Of a stretch of DNA of 64,000 nucleotides, positions 56,596 through 64,000 are shown in pieces. A program made the translations under genes and the position numbers. Numbering within the stretch: the first letter of the stretch is position 1; each line of letters begins with the position of its first letter. The stretch comes from an uncultured Acidobacteriota bacterium (lineage in GTDB: Bacteria; Acidobacteriota; Vicinamibacteria; Fen-336), in NCBI GenBank assembly GCA_902826455.1, contig CADEEV010000005.1, positions 2,306-66,305 on the forward strand. Reading direction: 5' to 3'. The notes beneath the pieces are model-generated. The model did no database searches. It was given only the letters and a program-made list of their open reading frames with translations, and was not told the DNA's origin.

Positions 56596-57068
56596 CGATC
56601 GTTCCGGTCGTTGCGGTTGATGTCGACCTGGGCGTCGGCGTCGAAGCCGAGCTTCTTGAGCGAATTGCCGTCGCGCACGAAGAAGTTGCCCTTGGCGCGC
56701 GCCTTGACGTGGTCGTCGTCCAGGAGCCGCTTCACGGCGCCCGGCACCCGCAGGAAGTTGAGGTCGAAGCGGGATCGCACGCGAGCCTCGGCGAAGCCAT
56801 CGAGGCGCACGGCGCTCGGCTCGTAGCCGCGCCCGAGACGCTCGCCGTTCAGGAACAGCTCGTACTCGAAGCGCTCGACGAACAGCGGCTCGGGATTCGG
56901 GTTGCGCACCTTGAAGCCGACGTCGAGGGTCGCCCCGGTGATGCCGATCTTGCCGATGCGCAGGCCTTCGACCGCGAGGGTCGGAGCCTTGACCGAGGCG
57001 CACCCCTGGAGCACCGCGAGCCCGACGGCGAGAACGGCGGCAACGGCGAGAGAACGCTTCATGAGCAC
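56592..57068 (-). CDS. LEA14-like (LEA_2 / water-stress domain) lipoprotein
   Basis: Lipobox LQGCAS and the LEA_2-type beta-sandwich sequence pattern (GATLDVGFKVRNPNP..., FEYELFLNGERLGRG). Confidence 0.6.
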   Translation of the reverse strand: MLMKRSLAVAAVLAVGLAVLQGCASVKAPTLAVEGLRIGKIGITGATLDVGFKVRNPNPEPLFVERFEYELFLNGERLGRGYEPSAVRLDGFAEARVRSRFDLNFLRVPGAVKRLLDDDHVKARAKGNFFVRDGNSLKKLGFDADAQVDINRNDRNDR

Positions 57069-57114
57069 CTCGGAAAGGGCGCGCGAACGGGCGCGACGAC
57101 CGGAGTATAGCGCT

Positions 57115-58539
57115 TCAGCGGATGTACCCCAGCGAACGCAGCATGTCCTTCTTCTCCTCGTCGTCGGTCACCGCCGCTTCCGAGGCCGCCACGACGGCCT
57201 GCTTGTCGATGAGCGGCTCGTACGAGGCGATGCGCTGGACCGGATGGGCGGCGAGGAAGTCCGGCTCGAGGAGCTCCTCGAGCACCCGCCCCGGCATGTC
57301 GCGGGGCACCGGCAGGCCGAGCAGCGCGAGGACCGTAGGAGCGATGTCGTACTGGGTCGCGGACACCGGGATGCCCCGGCGGATCGGCCCTCCGGCGGCG
57401 ATCACGATGCCGTCGAGCTGGTGCTTGCCCGACTGCCCGACGGCGACCATCCCGTTCATGGCCGCGCGCTCGGCCTCGGACCCTTCGAACAGGCCCGGGA
57501 GCGCCTTCAGGGCCGGGAGCTGCCGCGACGCGTCGAAGCCGTGGTCGGACACCACGAGCACGACCGTGTCCGGCGCCACGTGCTTCAGCAGCTCCCCGAG
57601 GTACGCGTCGTTGTGCTTGTAGAAGTTGGGGATCAGCCGGCCGAGGCGCGCGGCTTTCTCGGGGTCGACGCCCTGCGGATACGCCTCGGGCTCGTAGAAG
57701 TGCCAGAAGCAGTGGGACACCGGATCGTTCGCTACCAGGAACACGCCAGTGAGGTCCGGCTGACCCTTGTCGAGGAGCTGCAACGCCATCTTCTCGTAGG
57801 AGCGCTGGCTGCAGTAGGCGTACTTGAACACGGACAGCCCGTGGCCGAACAGCGGCTTCTTCGCGGCGAGGAACTCGGCGCGCTCCTCGGGCGAGAGGGT
57901 CACGAGCGCGTCGATCTCCGCCATCGGCGGGTCGCTCGGCTCCACGACCAGGGGCTGGAGCTGCTGCACGAGCTCCGGCGGGTAGGCGGTGTGCTCGCGC
58001 TTGTTGCCTCCGTACCATTCGTTCCAGCGCTCGCGCGTGAAGCGGTCCGAGACGTTCCAGCCCAGCACGGGCTCGGCGGGCCAGGAGGCCCACCAGCCGA
58101 GAAAGCCCGTCCGCTTGCCGAAGGCCGGCACGATGTTCCAGAGCGCCAGGGTCTTGCGGTCCCGCGAGCTCACGAGGACGCCCGCGCGCGGCCGCTTCGG
58201 GTCCTTGCGGACGATGAAGTCCTCGATGCCGTGCTCCCGGCGCGAGCGGCCCGTGGCGATCGTGGTCCACAGCGCGGGCGAGGCCATGGGATTCTCGGAC
58301 TTCAGGACGCCGCGGCTGCCGCGGCCGACCAGCGCCTGGAACTGGGGCGCCTCCCCCGCAGCCAGCAGCGGGTCGAGAACCCGGAAGCTGGCCCCGTCGA
58401 TGCCGACGAGCAGCACCTTCACGTTCGTGGGATGGCTGCGAAGGACCAGCCGGCGCAACGGCGGCAGGGAGAACCAGTAGGCGAGGGCGCCGCCCGCGAG
58501 GACGAGCGCGAGCAGCAGCGGCCAGCGGCGACGGAACAT
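57115..58539 (-). CDS. Alkaline-phosphatase-superfamily type I phosphodiesterase / nucleotide pyrophosphatase
   Basis: N-terminal TM anchor. Metal-ligand blocks (LLVGIDGASF, VVSDHGF). The alternative-frame ORF 57059..58270 is spurious. Confidence 0.8.
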   Translation of the reverse strand: MFRRRWPLLLALVLAGGALAYWFSLPPLRRLVLRSHPTNVKVLLVGIDGASFRVLDPLLAAGEAPQFQALVGRGSRGVLKSENPMASPALWTTIATGRSRREHGIEDFIVRKDPKRPRAGVLVSSRDRKTLALWNIVPAFGKRTGFLGWWASWPAEPVLGWNVSDRFTRERWNEWYGGNKREHTAYPPELVQQLQPLVVEPSDPPMAEIDALVTLSPEERAEFLAAKKPLFGHGLSVFKYAYCSQRSYEKMALQLLDKGQPDLTGVFLVANDPVSHCFWHFYEPEAYPQGVDPEKAARLGRLIPNFYKHNDAYLGELLKHVAPDTVVLVVSDHGFDASRQLPALKALPGLFEGSEAERAAMNGMVAVGQSGKHQLDGIVIAAGGPIRRGIPVSATQYDIAPTVLALLGLPVPRDMPGRVLEELLEPDFLAAHPVQRIASYEPLIDKQAVVAASEAAVTDDEEKKDMLRSLGYIR

Positions 58540-58550
58540 CTCCCTATCAT

Positions 58551-59390
58551 ATGATCCCGGCCATGACCGATCGATCCGACAGCGGGGCGCGCTTCGAGGC
58601 CTTCGTCGCCTTGATCGCGCGCCTGCGCGCGCCCGGCGGCTGTCCCTGGGACCGCGAGCAGACCCACCAGACGGTCAAGCCGATGACGATCGAAGAGGCC
58701 TACGAGGTCGCCCAGGCCATCGACGAAGGCGACGACCGCGAGCTCGCCTCGGAGCTCGGCGACCTTCTGCTGCAGGTCGTGTTCCACGCGCGCATGGCGG
58801 AGGACCGCGGCGCCTTCACGATCCGCGAGGTGATCGACTCCGTCTCCCAGAAGATGATCCGGCGCCATCCCCACGTCTTCGCCGACGACACGGCGGCTTC
58901 GTCCGACGAGGTCCTGCGGAACTGGGAGGTGCTCAAGGCCGAGGAGCGGGCGGCCAAGGGCAAGAAGACGTCGGAGTCGATGCTGGATTCCGTGGGCAAG
59001 GGCCTGCCCGCGATTCTCGAAGCGTTCCAGATGACTACAAAGGTCTCGCGCGTGGGCTTCGACTGGAAGGACGCCGCCTCGGCGGCGGTCAAGCTCGACG
59101 AGGAGACGGCGGAGCTGAAGCAGGCCCTCGCGGGCCCAGTCGCCTCGAGCGACGCCGTGCTCGAGGAGGTCGGCGACCTGCTGTTCGCGACCGTCAACGT
59201 GGCGCGGCTGCTCGGCGTCGACCCGGAGAGCGCGCTCAAGGCCGCGAACCGCAAGTTCCGGCGCCGCTTCGCCCACGTCGAGACAGGTCTCGCGGCCCGC
59301 GGGCGCACGCCGGCCGAGTCGAACCTCGAGGAGATGGACGCGTTGTGGAACGAAGCCAAGGCCGGCGAGCGTTCCTCGACAGGCTCCTAG
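58551..59390 (+). CDS. mazG: Nucleoside triphosphate pyrophosphohydrolase MazG
   Basis: Tandem MazG domains (PWDREQTHQTV...EEAYEV; the second has EELGDLLF). Confidence 0.9.
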   Translation: MIPAMTDRSDSGARFEAFVALIARLRAPGGCPWDREQTHQTVKPMTIEEAYEVAQAIDEGDDRELASELGDLLLQVVFHARMAEDRGAFTIREVIDSVSQKMIRRHPHVFADDTAASSDEVLRNWEVLKAEERAAKGKKTSESMLDSVGKGLPAILEAFQMTTKVSRVGFDWKDAASAAVKLDEETAELKQALAGPVASSDAVLEEVGDLLFATVNVARLLGVDPESALKAANRKFRRRFAHVETGLAARGRTPAESNLEEMDALWNEAKAGERSSTGS

Positions 59391-59399
59391 GCGACTCCC

Positions 59400-60263
59400 G
59401 TGTCGACATCCCGCGTCTCCCCTGTTTCGCTCGTCCTGATCGGCATCCTTTCGGTTCAGTTGGGCGCGGTGGCCGCCAAGGGTGTCTTCGGTCAGGTTCC
59501 TCCCGTGGGGATGGTGTTCCTCCGCCTGCTGACCAGCTCCCTGATCCTGCTCGCGATGGCCCGGCCACGGCTGCGCGGCCGCGCGCTTCCCGACTGGCGA
59601 CCGGTACTCACGCTGGGGTTCACGCTGGCCGCGATGAACTGGGCGTTCTACGAGTCGTTCGCCCGCATCCCGCTCGGCGTGGCGGTCACGATCCAGTTCC
59701 TGGGCCCGCTGGCGCTGGCCGCGTTCGGAAGCCGGCAGCCCCGCGACCTCGTCTGGGTCGCGCTCGCCGGCATCGGCGTCGCCCTCTTCGGAGCCGGTCC
59801 GGCCCGGATCGAGGTCCTCGGGTTCGGCCTGGCGCTGTTCGCCGGCGCCTGCTGGGCCCTGTACATCGTCTCGGCGGCGGCCACCGGGCGCCGCTGGGCC
59901 GGCGTCGAGGGGCTGGCCGTGTCCAGCACCATCGCGACGCTGGCGATCGCGCCGTTCGCGGTGGCGGGGGCCGGCGGGCGGCTGCTCCAGCCTCGCGTGC
60001 TGGCCATCGGCACGCTGGTCGGCCTGCTGAGCTCGGTGATCCCCTACAGCCTCGAGATGGCGGCCCTGAGGAGCATGACGCCGCGGGTGTTCGGGATCCT
60101 GATGAGCCTGGAGCCGGCCGCAGGCGCGCTCGCCGCCGCGGTCGTGCTCCACGAGTGGCTGACTCCCCTGGAGCTGCTCGCGGTCGCGTGCGTGACGGCC
60201 GCGAGCATCGGCGCCACCCGCGCCGAGCCCGCCCCCGAAGCCAAGGCGGTCGAGCCTCGCTAG
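59400..60263 (+). CDS. EamA-family (DMT superfamily) transporter
   Basis: Ten TM helices in two EamA repeats. GTG start. Confidence 0.85.
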   Translation: MSTSRVSPVSLVLIGILSVQLGAVAAKGVFGQVPPVGMVFLRLLTSSLILLAMARPRLRGRALPDWRPVLTLGFTLAAMNWAFYESFARIPLGVAVTIQFLGPLALAAFGSRQPRDLVWVALAGIGVALFGAGPARIEVLGFGLALFAGACWALYIVSAAATGRRWAGVEGLAVSSTIATLAIAPFAVAGAGGRLLQPRVLAIGTLVGLLSSVIPYSLEMAALRSMTPRVFGILMSLEPAAGALAAAVVLHEWLTPLELLAVACVTAASIGATRAEPAPEAKAVEPR

Positions 60264-60275
60264 AATAGGACACAA

Positions 60276-60656
60276 ATGCAGGGATACCGATGGTGGCTCG
60301 GAGTGCTCGTCCTGGTCCTGGGCGTCTCGCCCGCAGGCGCCCAGGAGGATCCGCATCTGAAGGCTCGCGAGGCGTGGATCTCCCGGCTCACGACCGACCT
60401 CACGCTCACCGCAGAGCAGGTGAAGGGCGTGCGCGCGGTGCTCGCGACGCTCAAGCCCGGCGAGCTCGCGGGCGGCGCCGCTCCCGGCGACAGCGCGGCG
60501 GCCGCCGAACGCCGTGAGCGCTCGAAGCAGGCGATCCAGAAGATCAACGAGCTCCTGACGCCCGAGCAGCAGAAGCTGTGGGCCCAGCTCCGCGAGAAGC
60601 GCAGCCAGGGCCGGCCCCAGCCCTCACCCACCGCGACGCCGGCGCCGCAGGACTAG
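60276..60656 (+). CDS. Periplasmic LTXXQ-motif protein (CpxP/Spy-like)
   Basis: Signal peptide plus LTAEQ / LTPEQ motifs. Confidence 0.6.
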   Translation: MQGYRWWLGVLVLVLGVSPAGAQEDPHLKAREAWISRLTTDLTLTAEQVKGVRAVLATLKPGELAGGAAPGDSAAAAERRERSKQAIQKINELLTPEQQKLWAQLREKRSQGRPQPSPTATPAPQD

Positions 60657-62719
60657 CGCTGAAGCGCATCGGGAAGTACGAGGTCCTCGACCAGCTCGGC
60701 CAGGGGGCGATGGGCACCGTCTACCGGGCGCGCGACCCCATCCTCGATCGCGACGTCGCCCTCAAGACCGTCGCGCCCGAGCTCCTGAGCCACGCCGACA
60801 CCCAGGGCCGCTTCCAGCGCGAGGCCCGGGCGGCCGCGCGCCTGCAGCACCCGAACATCGTCACGATCTACGAGCTCGGCGAGACCGACGGCACGCTGTA
60901 CATCGCCATGGAGCTGCTCGAGGGCCTCGACCTCGCCGAGGCCATGAGCCCCCCGGATCGCCTGCCGCTCGCCCAGAAGCTGCGCATCGTCGTCGACATG
61001 TGCCGCGGCCTCGACTACGCCCACAAGCGCGGCGTGTTCCACCGCGACGTGAAGCCGGCGAACGTGAGGATCCTGAAGGACGGCGCGGTGAAGATCGTCG
61101 ACTTCGGCATCGCGCGCTTCGAGGATTCGACACTGACGAAGACGGGCATGGTGCTGGGCACGCCCAGCTACATGGCTCCCGAGGTGCTGCGCGGCGGCCG
61201 CGTCGACCACCGCGCGGACATGTGGGCCGTGGGCGTCGTGCTCTACGAGCTGCTGCGGGGCCTGCGGCCCTTCGACGCCCCGACCATCGCCGCGCTCGTC
61301 TACAAGATCGTCCACGAGCCGGCCCCGCCCCTCGATACCACGACGCTCGGCGTGCCTGCGAGCGTCGCGGCCATCGTCGACCAGGCCCTCGCCAAGGACC
61401 CGGCGGACCGCTATCGCGACATGGCGGAGATGGCGGACGCGCTGCAGACGGTGCTGGGCCTGACGCCGTCGGGCGAGCGGCCGCTCACGGCCGAGGCGCG
61501 CGCGGAGGCCTACGCCCGGGCCATGGCCGAGGCGCGGCGGCTGTTCGCCGACAGCGACTTCGAGGGCTCGCTCAACGCGGCGCGCCGGGCCCAGGCCCTC
61601 GAGCCCTCGCGACCCGAGATCGCCGCGTTCATGCGCGACCTGGAGGAGCGGCTGCAGGACTCCCCCACGCTGCCGCCCACGCGCGCGACGCCGGCGGCCA
61701 CGGCCTCCCTGGCCGCGACGCGCGAGACGCCGGCCACGCCCGTCTTCGATCGCCTGGCCACCGCCGCGCTCGCGGGCCTGCGCGAGAAGGGCGCCTCGTA
61801 CTTTCGCGAGCTCGCCCTGTTCGGCGAGCCTCCCGCCACGTCGACCGGCATGGTGTCGCCGTCGCGGGAGATGTTCGCGCTCGCGGCCACCGACGGCGGC
61901 ATCCGCCTGTGGGACCTGCGCTCGCGCCTGCGCACCCAGACGCTGCGCACCGAGATGCACCAGCGCACGGGCCACGACGCCGTGTGCCTGTGCCTCGCCT
62001 TCTCCGCCGACGGGCGGCGCCTCGCGTCGGGTCACGTGGACGGCGCGGTCCACCTGTGGGACGTCGAGCGCGGCCAGGAGATCCCGGTGCGCTACCGGCA
62101 CGACGCGCTCGTGGGCGCCGTCGCCTTCTCGCCGGACGGCGTGACCCTCGCCTCGGGCGGCATGGACCAGACGCTCAAGCTCTGGAACCTGCCGGCCGCG
62201 GAGGCCGGCGAATCGCGGCGCGAGATGCACCGCCAGCCCGCGGGCCTCACGGCCCTCGCGTACGTGGGTGGAACCGGGGCGTTCCTCGCCACGGGCCACG
62301 TCAACCGCGCGCTGCGCCTCGTCGACACGCGCACGGGCCGCCTGATCGCGACGCTGCGCGGGCCGGAGGGCCAGGTGAGCCTCCTCGCGGCCTCGCCCGA
62401 CGGGCGACAGCTGGCGGCGGCCAGCCACGACCGCAGCTTGCGACTCTTCGACGTGGAGAGCCGCCAGCAGACGTTCGTGGCCGTGGCACACCGCACGCGC
62501 CCGACGACGTCCCTCGCCTTCTTCCCCGATGGCCGGCACCTGGCGAGCGTCGCCCAGGACAACGCCGTGCAGCTCTGGGACGTCGCGGCCCAGGCGCCGA
62601 TGGCCGTGCTGTGGGGCCAGTCGGGCGAGAGCTTCACCGCCGTCGCCCTGCGCGGCGGCGGCGACCACGTGGCCGCTGCGCTCGCCGACGGTCGCATCCG
62701 ACTCTGGGGGCCCGCATGA
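60578..62719 (+). CDS. Ser/Thr protein kinase fused to a C-terminal WD40 beta-propeller
   Basis: Kinase subdomains (LGQGAMGTVYRA, HRDVKPANVRI, DFGIA, GTPSYMAPE) followed by seven or more WD-like repeats (LASGHVDGAVHLWD...). There is no canonical start between 60578 (GTG, 79-nt overlap with the upstream gene) and the kinase Gly-loop. Confidence 0.85.
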   Translation: MGPAPREAQPGPAPALTHRDAGAAGLALKRIGKYEVLDQLGQGAMGTVYRARDPILDRDVALKTVAPELLSHADTQGRFQREARAAARLQHPNIVTIYELGETDGTLYIAMELLEGLDLAEAMSPPDRLPLAQKLRIVVDMCRGLDYAHKRGVFHRDVKPANVRILKDGAVKIVDFGIARFEDSTLTKTGMVLGTPSYMAPEVLRGGRVDHRADMWAVGVVLYELLRGLRPFDAPTIAALVYKIVHEPAPPLDTTTLGVPASVAAIVDQALAKDPADRYRDMAEMADALQTVLGLTPSGERPLTAEARAEAYARAMAEARRLFADSDFEGSLNAARRAQALEPSRPEIAAFMRDLEERLQDSPTLPPTRATPAATASLAATRETPATPVFDRLATAALAGLREKGASYFRELALFGEPPATSTGMVSPSREMFALAATDGGIRLWDLRSRLRTQTLRTEMHQRTGHDAVCLCLAFSADGRRLASGHVDGAVHLWDVERGQEIPVRYRHDALVGAVAFSPDGVTLASGGMDQTLKLWNLPAAEAGESRREMHRQPAGLTALAYVGGTGAFLATGHVNRALRLVDTRTGRLIATLRGPEGQVSLLAASPDGRQLAAASHDRSLRLFDVESRQQTFVAVAHRTRPTTSLAFFPDGRHLASVAQDNAVQLWDVAAQAPMAVLWGQSGESFTAVALRGGGDHVAAALADGRIRLWGPA

Positions 62720-64000
62720 AGGTCGCTGTCGCCGCCGTCCTGCTCCTCGCCGCGACGCCGTCGCCGCTGGCCGATCTCGAGGCTCGCTATCTCGACCTGC
62801 TCGAGATCCACGATCGCATCGGCATCGCGGAATCCCGGGGCGTCGACCGCGGCAGCGACGGCACCCCGCTCGCCGAGCTGCGTGCGCGCTACGCGAAGGA
62901 GCGCGCGGCGTTCGTGACGCAGCTCGAGCCCCTGGATGCCACGCGCTTCGAAGGCGAGGACCAGAAGGCCCTCGACGCGATCCACCACGTCTTCGGCTAC
63001 GCGCTCGGCGAGCAACAGGCGCCGGCGGAAGCGAAGTCGCCCGCCGTGCCGGAATGCGCCTACGACGCCGCAAGGCTCGTCGGCGGCCCGGAAGGCCTCG
63101 CGACACTGCAGGAAAGGCTGTACGCCTGCTACAGCTACGCGGCGCGCCACGTCGCCTTCGAGGGCAAGGTCCACGACCGCCTCACGATCCTCGAGATGGC
63201 CGGCAAGGAGCCGAGCGCCGCGCGGCGACGGCAGATCTTCCTGGCCCTCGAGCCGGTGTTCCGCAGCGTCAACGGCGACGGGAGCGCGACCAGCCCGTAC
63301 CGCGTGATGCTCCAGCCCTCGGCAGCGCAGTGGAAGAGCGAAGGCTCCCCCATCGACCGCAACCTCACGGCCCTCGGCATCCCCCCGGAGAAGCTCGAGC
63401 CCTGGCTCGTGTCGATCCTCGAGGCCTGGCGCGACGCCACGCAGGGCCAGGAGCTCGAGCCCTGGGACTACGAGTACTCCGGCAACGCCGCCGGCCGCGC
63501 CCTCGCGGACCGCATCACGACCGACAAGCTCCGGCCCCTGAACGACGCGTTCTACCGCTCGCTCGGCGCCGACGTCGTCGCGCTCAACATCCACTACGAC
63601 CTCGAGTCGCGCGAGGGCAAGACCGCCGTCGCCTTCACGAACTTCGGCGCGCGGCCGCGCCAGAAGGAAGGGCGCTGGACGCCGGGCGAGCCGTGGATCT
63701 TCGCGACCTACGGCGCGGGCGGCCTGGGCAACCTCGGGGAGCTGCTCCACGAGACCGGCCACGCGATCCACATCGCGGCGATCCACACCCGGCCGGCGTT
63801 CACGGACTGGCCCGACAGCGACACGTTCACGGAGGCCATCGCCGACCTGATCGCGCTCGACGCCTACGACGCGGCCTGGCAGAAGAAGTACCTGGGCGCC
63901 GAGGCGAGCCTCGCCGACAACCTGCGCACGAAGTACTCCGGCATCGTGCTCGACGTCGCGTGGGGCTTGTTCGAGCTGCGCATGCATCGGGATCCTGCCG
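62716..64000 (+). CDS. Secreted HExxH zinc metallopeptidase, partial (runs off the window end)
   Basis: Signal peptide MKVAVAAVLLLAATPSPLA; HETGHAIH motif. The ATG overlaps the kinase stop (ATGA). Confidence 0.5.
   Translation, partial: MKVAVAAVLLLAATPSPLADLEARYLDLLEIHDRIGIAESRGVDRGSDGTPLAELRARYAKERAAFVTQLEPLDATRFEGEDQKALDAIHHVFGYALGEQQAPAEAKSPAVPECAYDAARLVGGPEGLATLQERLYACYSYAARHVAFEGKVHDRLTILEMAGKEPSAARRRQIFLALEPVFRSVNGDGSATSPYRVMLQPSAAQWKSEGSPIDRNLTALGIPPEKLEPWLVSILEAWRDATQGQELEPWDYEYSGNAAGRALADRITTDKLRPLNDAFYRSLGADVVALNIHYDLESREGKTAVAFTNFGARPRQKEGRWTPGEPWIFATYGAGGLGNLGELLHETGHAIHIAAIHTRPAFTDWPDSDTFTEAIADLIALDAYDAAWQKKYLGAEASLADNLRTKYSGIVLDVAWGLFELRMHRDPA

Noticed and set aside
60653-63987. 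Minus-strand ORFs 60653..63106 (817 aa) and 62092..63987 (631 aa)
   Set aside because: They are antisense to the Ser/Thr kinase-WD40 and peptidase genes, whose kinase subdomain motifs and HExxH motif are clear on the plus strand.

Overview
This is a 64-kb window from a very high-GC (about 70%) bacterial chromosome. Its gene content (DUF2911, PepSY, many Ser/Thr kinase-WD40 style genes) fits a Myxococcota- or Acidobacteriota-like organism. Coding density is high and I call about 65 genes plus one tRNA-Leu(CAA). I see no rRNA, CRISPR array, integrase or transposase.

The six-frame track accepts GTG/TTG starts and extends every ORF to its most upstream start. In this GC-rich DNA that produces many long spurious and antisense ORFs. 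I therefore re-derived gene starts from recognisable protein families, from Shine-Dalgarno-like sequences, and from the very frequent 4-nt start/stop overlaps (GTGA, ATGA, TTGA; CTAG at convergent ends).

Main contents, in order:
- a partial HerA-like ATPase, a fatty-acid desaturase, a FAD-linked oxidase and citrate synthase;
- a minus-strand operon encoding an adenylation-PCP-thioesterase tridomain enzyme (the thioesterase has a GxCxG cysteine motif), a GT1 glycosyltransferase and a Wzm/Wzt-type ABC-2 exporter, with a divergent GT2;
- bfd plus a frameshifted bfr;
- a small protein / membrane protein / GtrB-like GT2 operon;
- DedA and H+-pyrophosphatase;
- a PepSY / TonB-dependent receptor (with STN domain) / PiuC iron-uptake operon behind a sigma70 promoter and a Fur-like box;
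- pntAB-pntB without pntAA;
- a sigma54-type promoter upstream of a BON-domain gene;
- a translationally coupled CoA-ester operon (SDR, RidA, MarR, enoyl-CoA hydratase, acyl-CoA dehydrogenase, a short PaaA-like diiron protein, an acidic protein, an OYE-family flavoprotein with an FeS motif);
- an M1 peptidase;
- a flavin reductase / benzoate-CoA-ligase-like / creatininase-family / hotdog thioesterase / very large TolB-amidohydrolase cluster;
- assorted housekeeping genes, including plsC with no canonical start codon, HU/IHF, CarD, MazG, EamA, and a Ser/Thr kinase-WD40.

The two most plausible candidates for a previously undescribed system are the A-PCP-TE(Cys)/glycosyltransferase/ABC-2 exporter locus and the minimal PaaA-like epoxidase plus OYE-FeS aryl/acyl-CoA operon.
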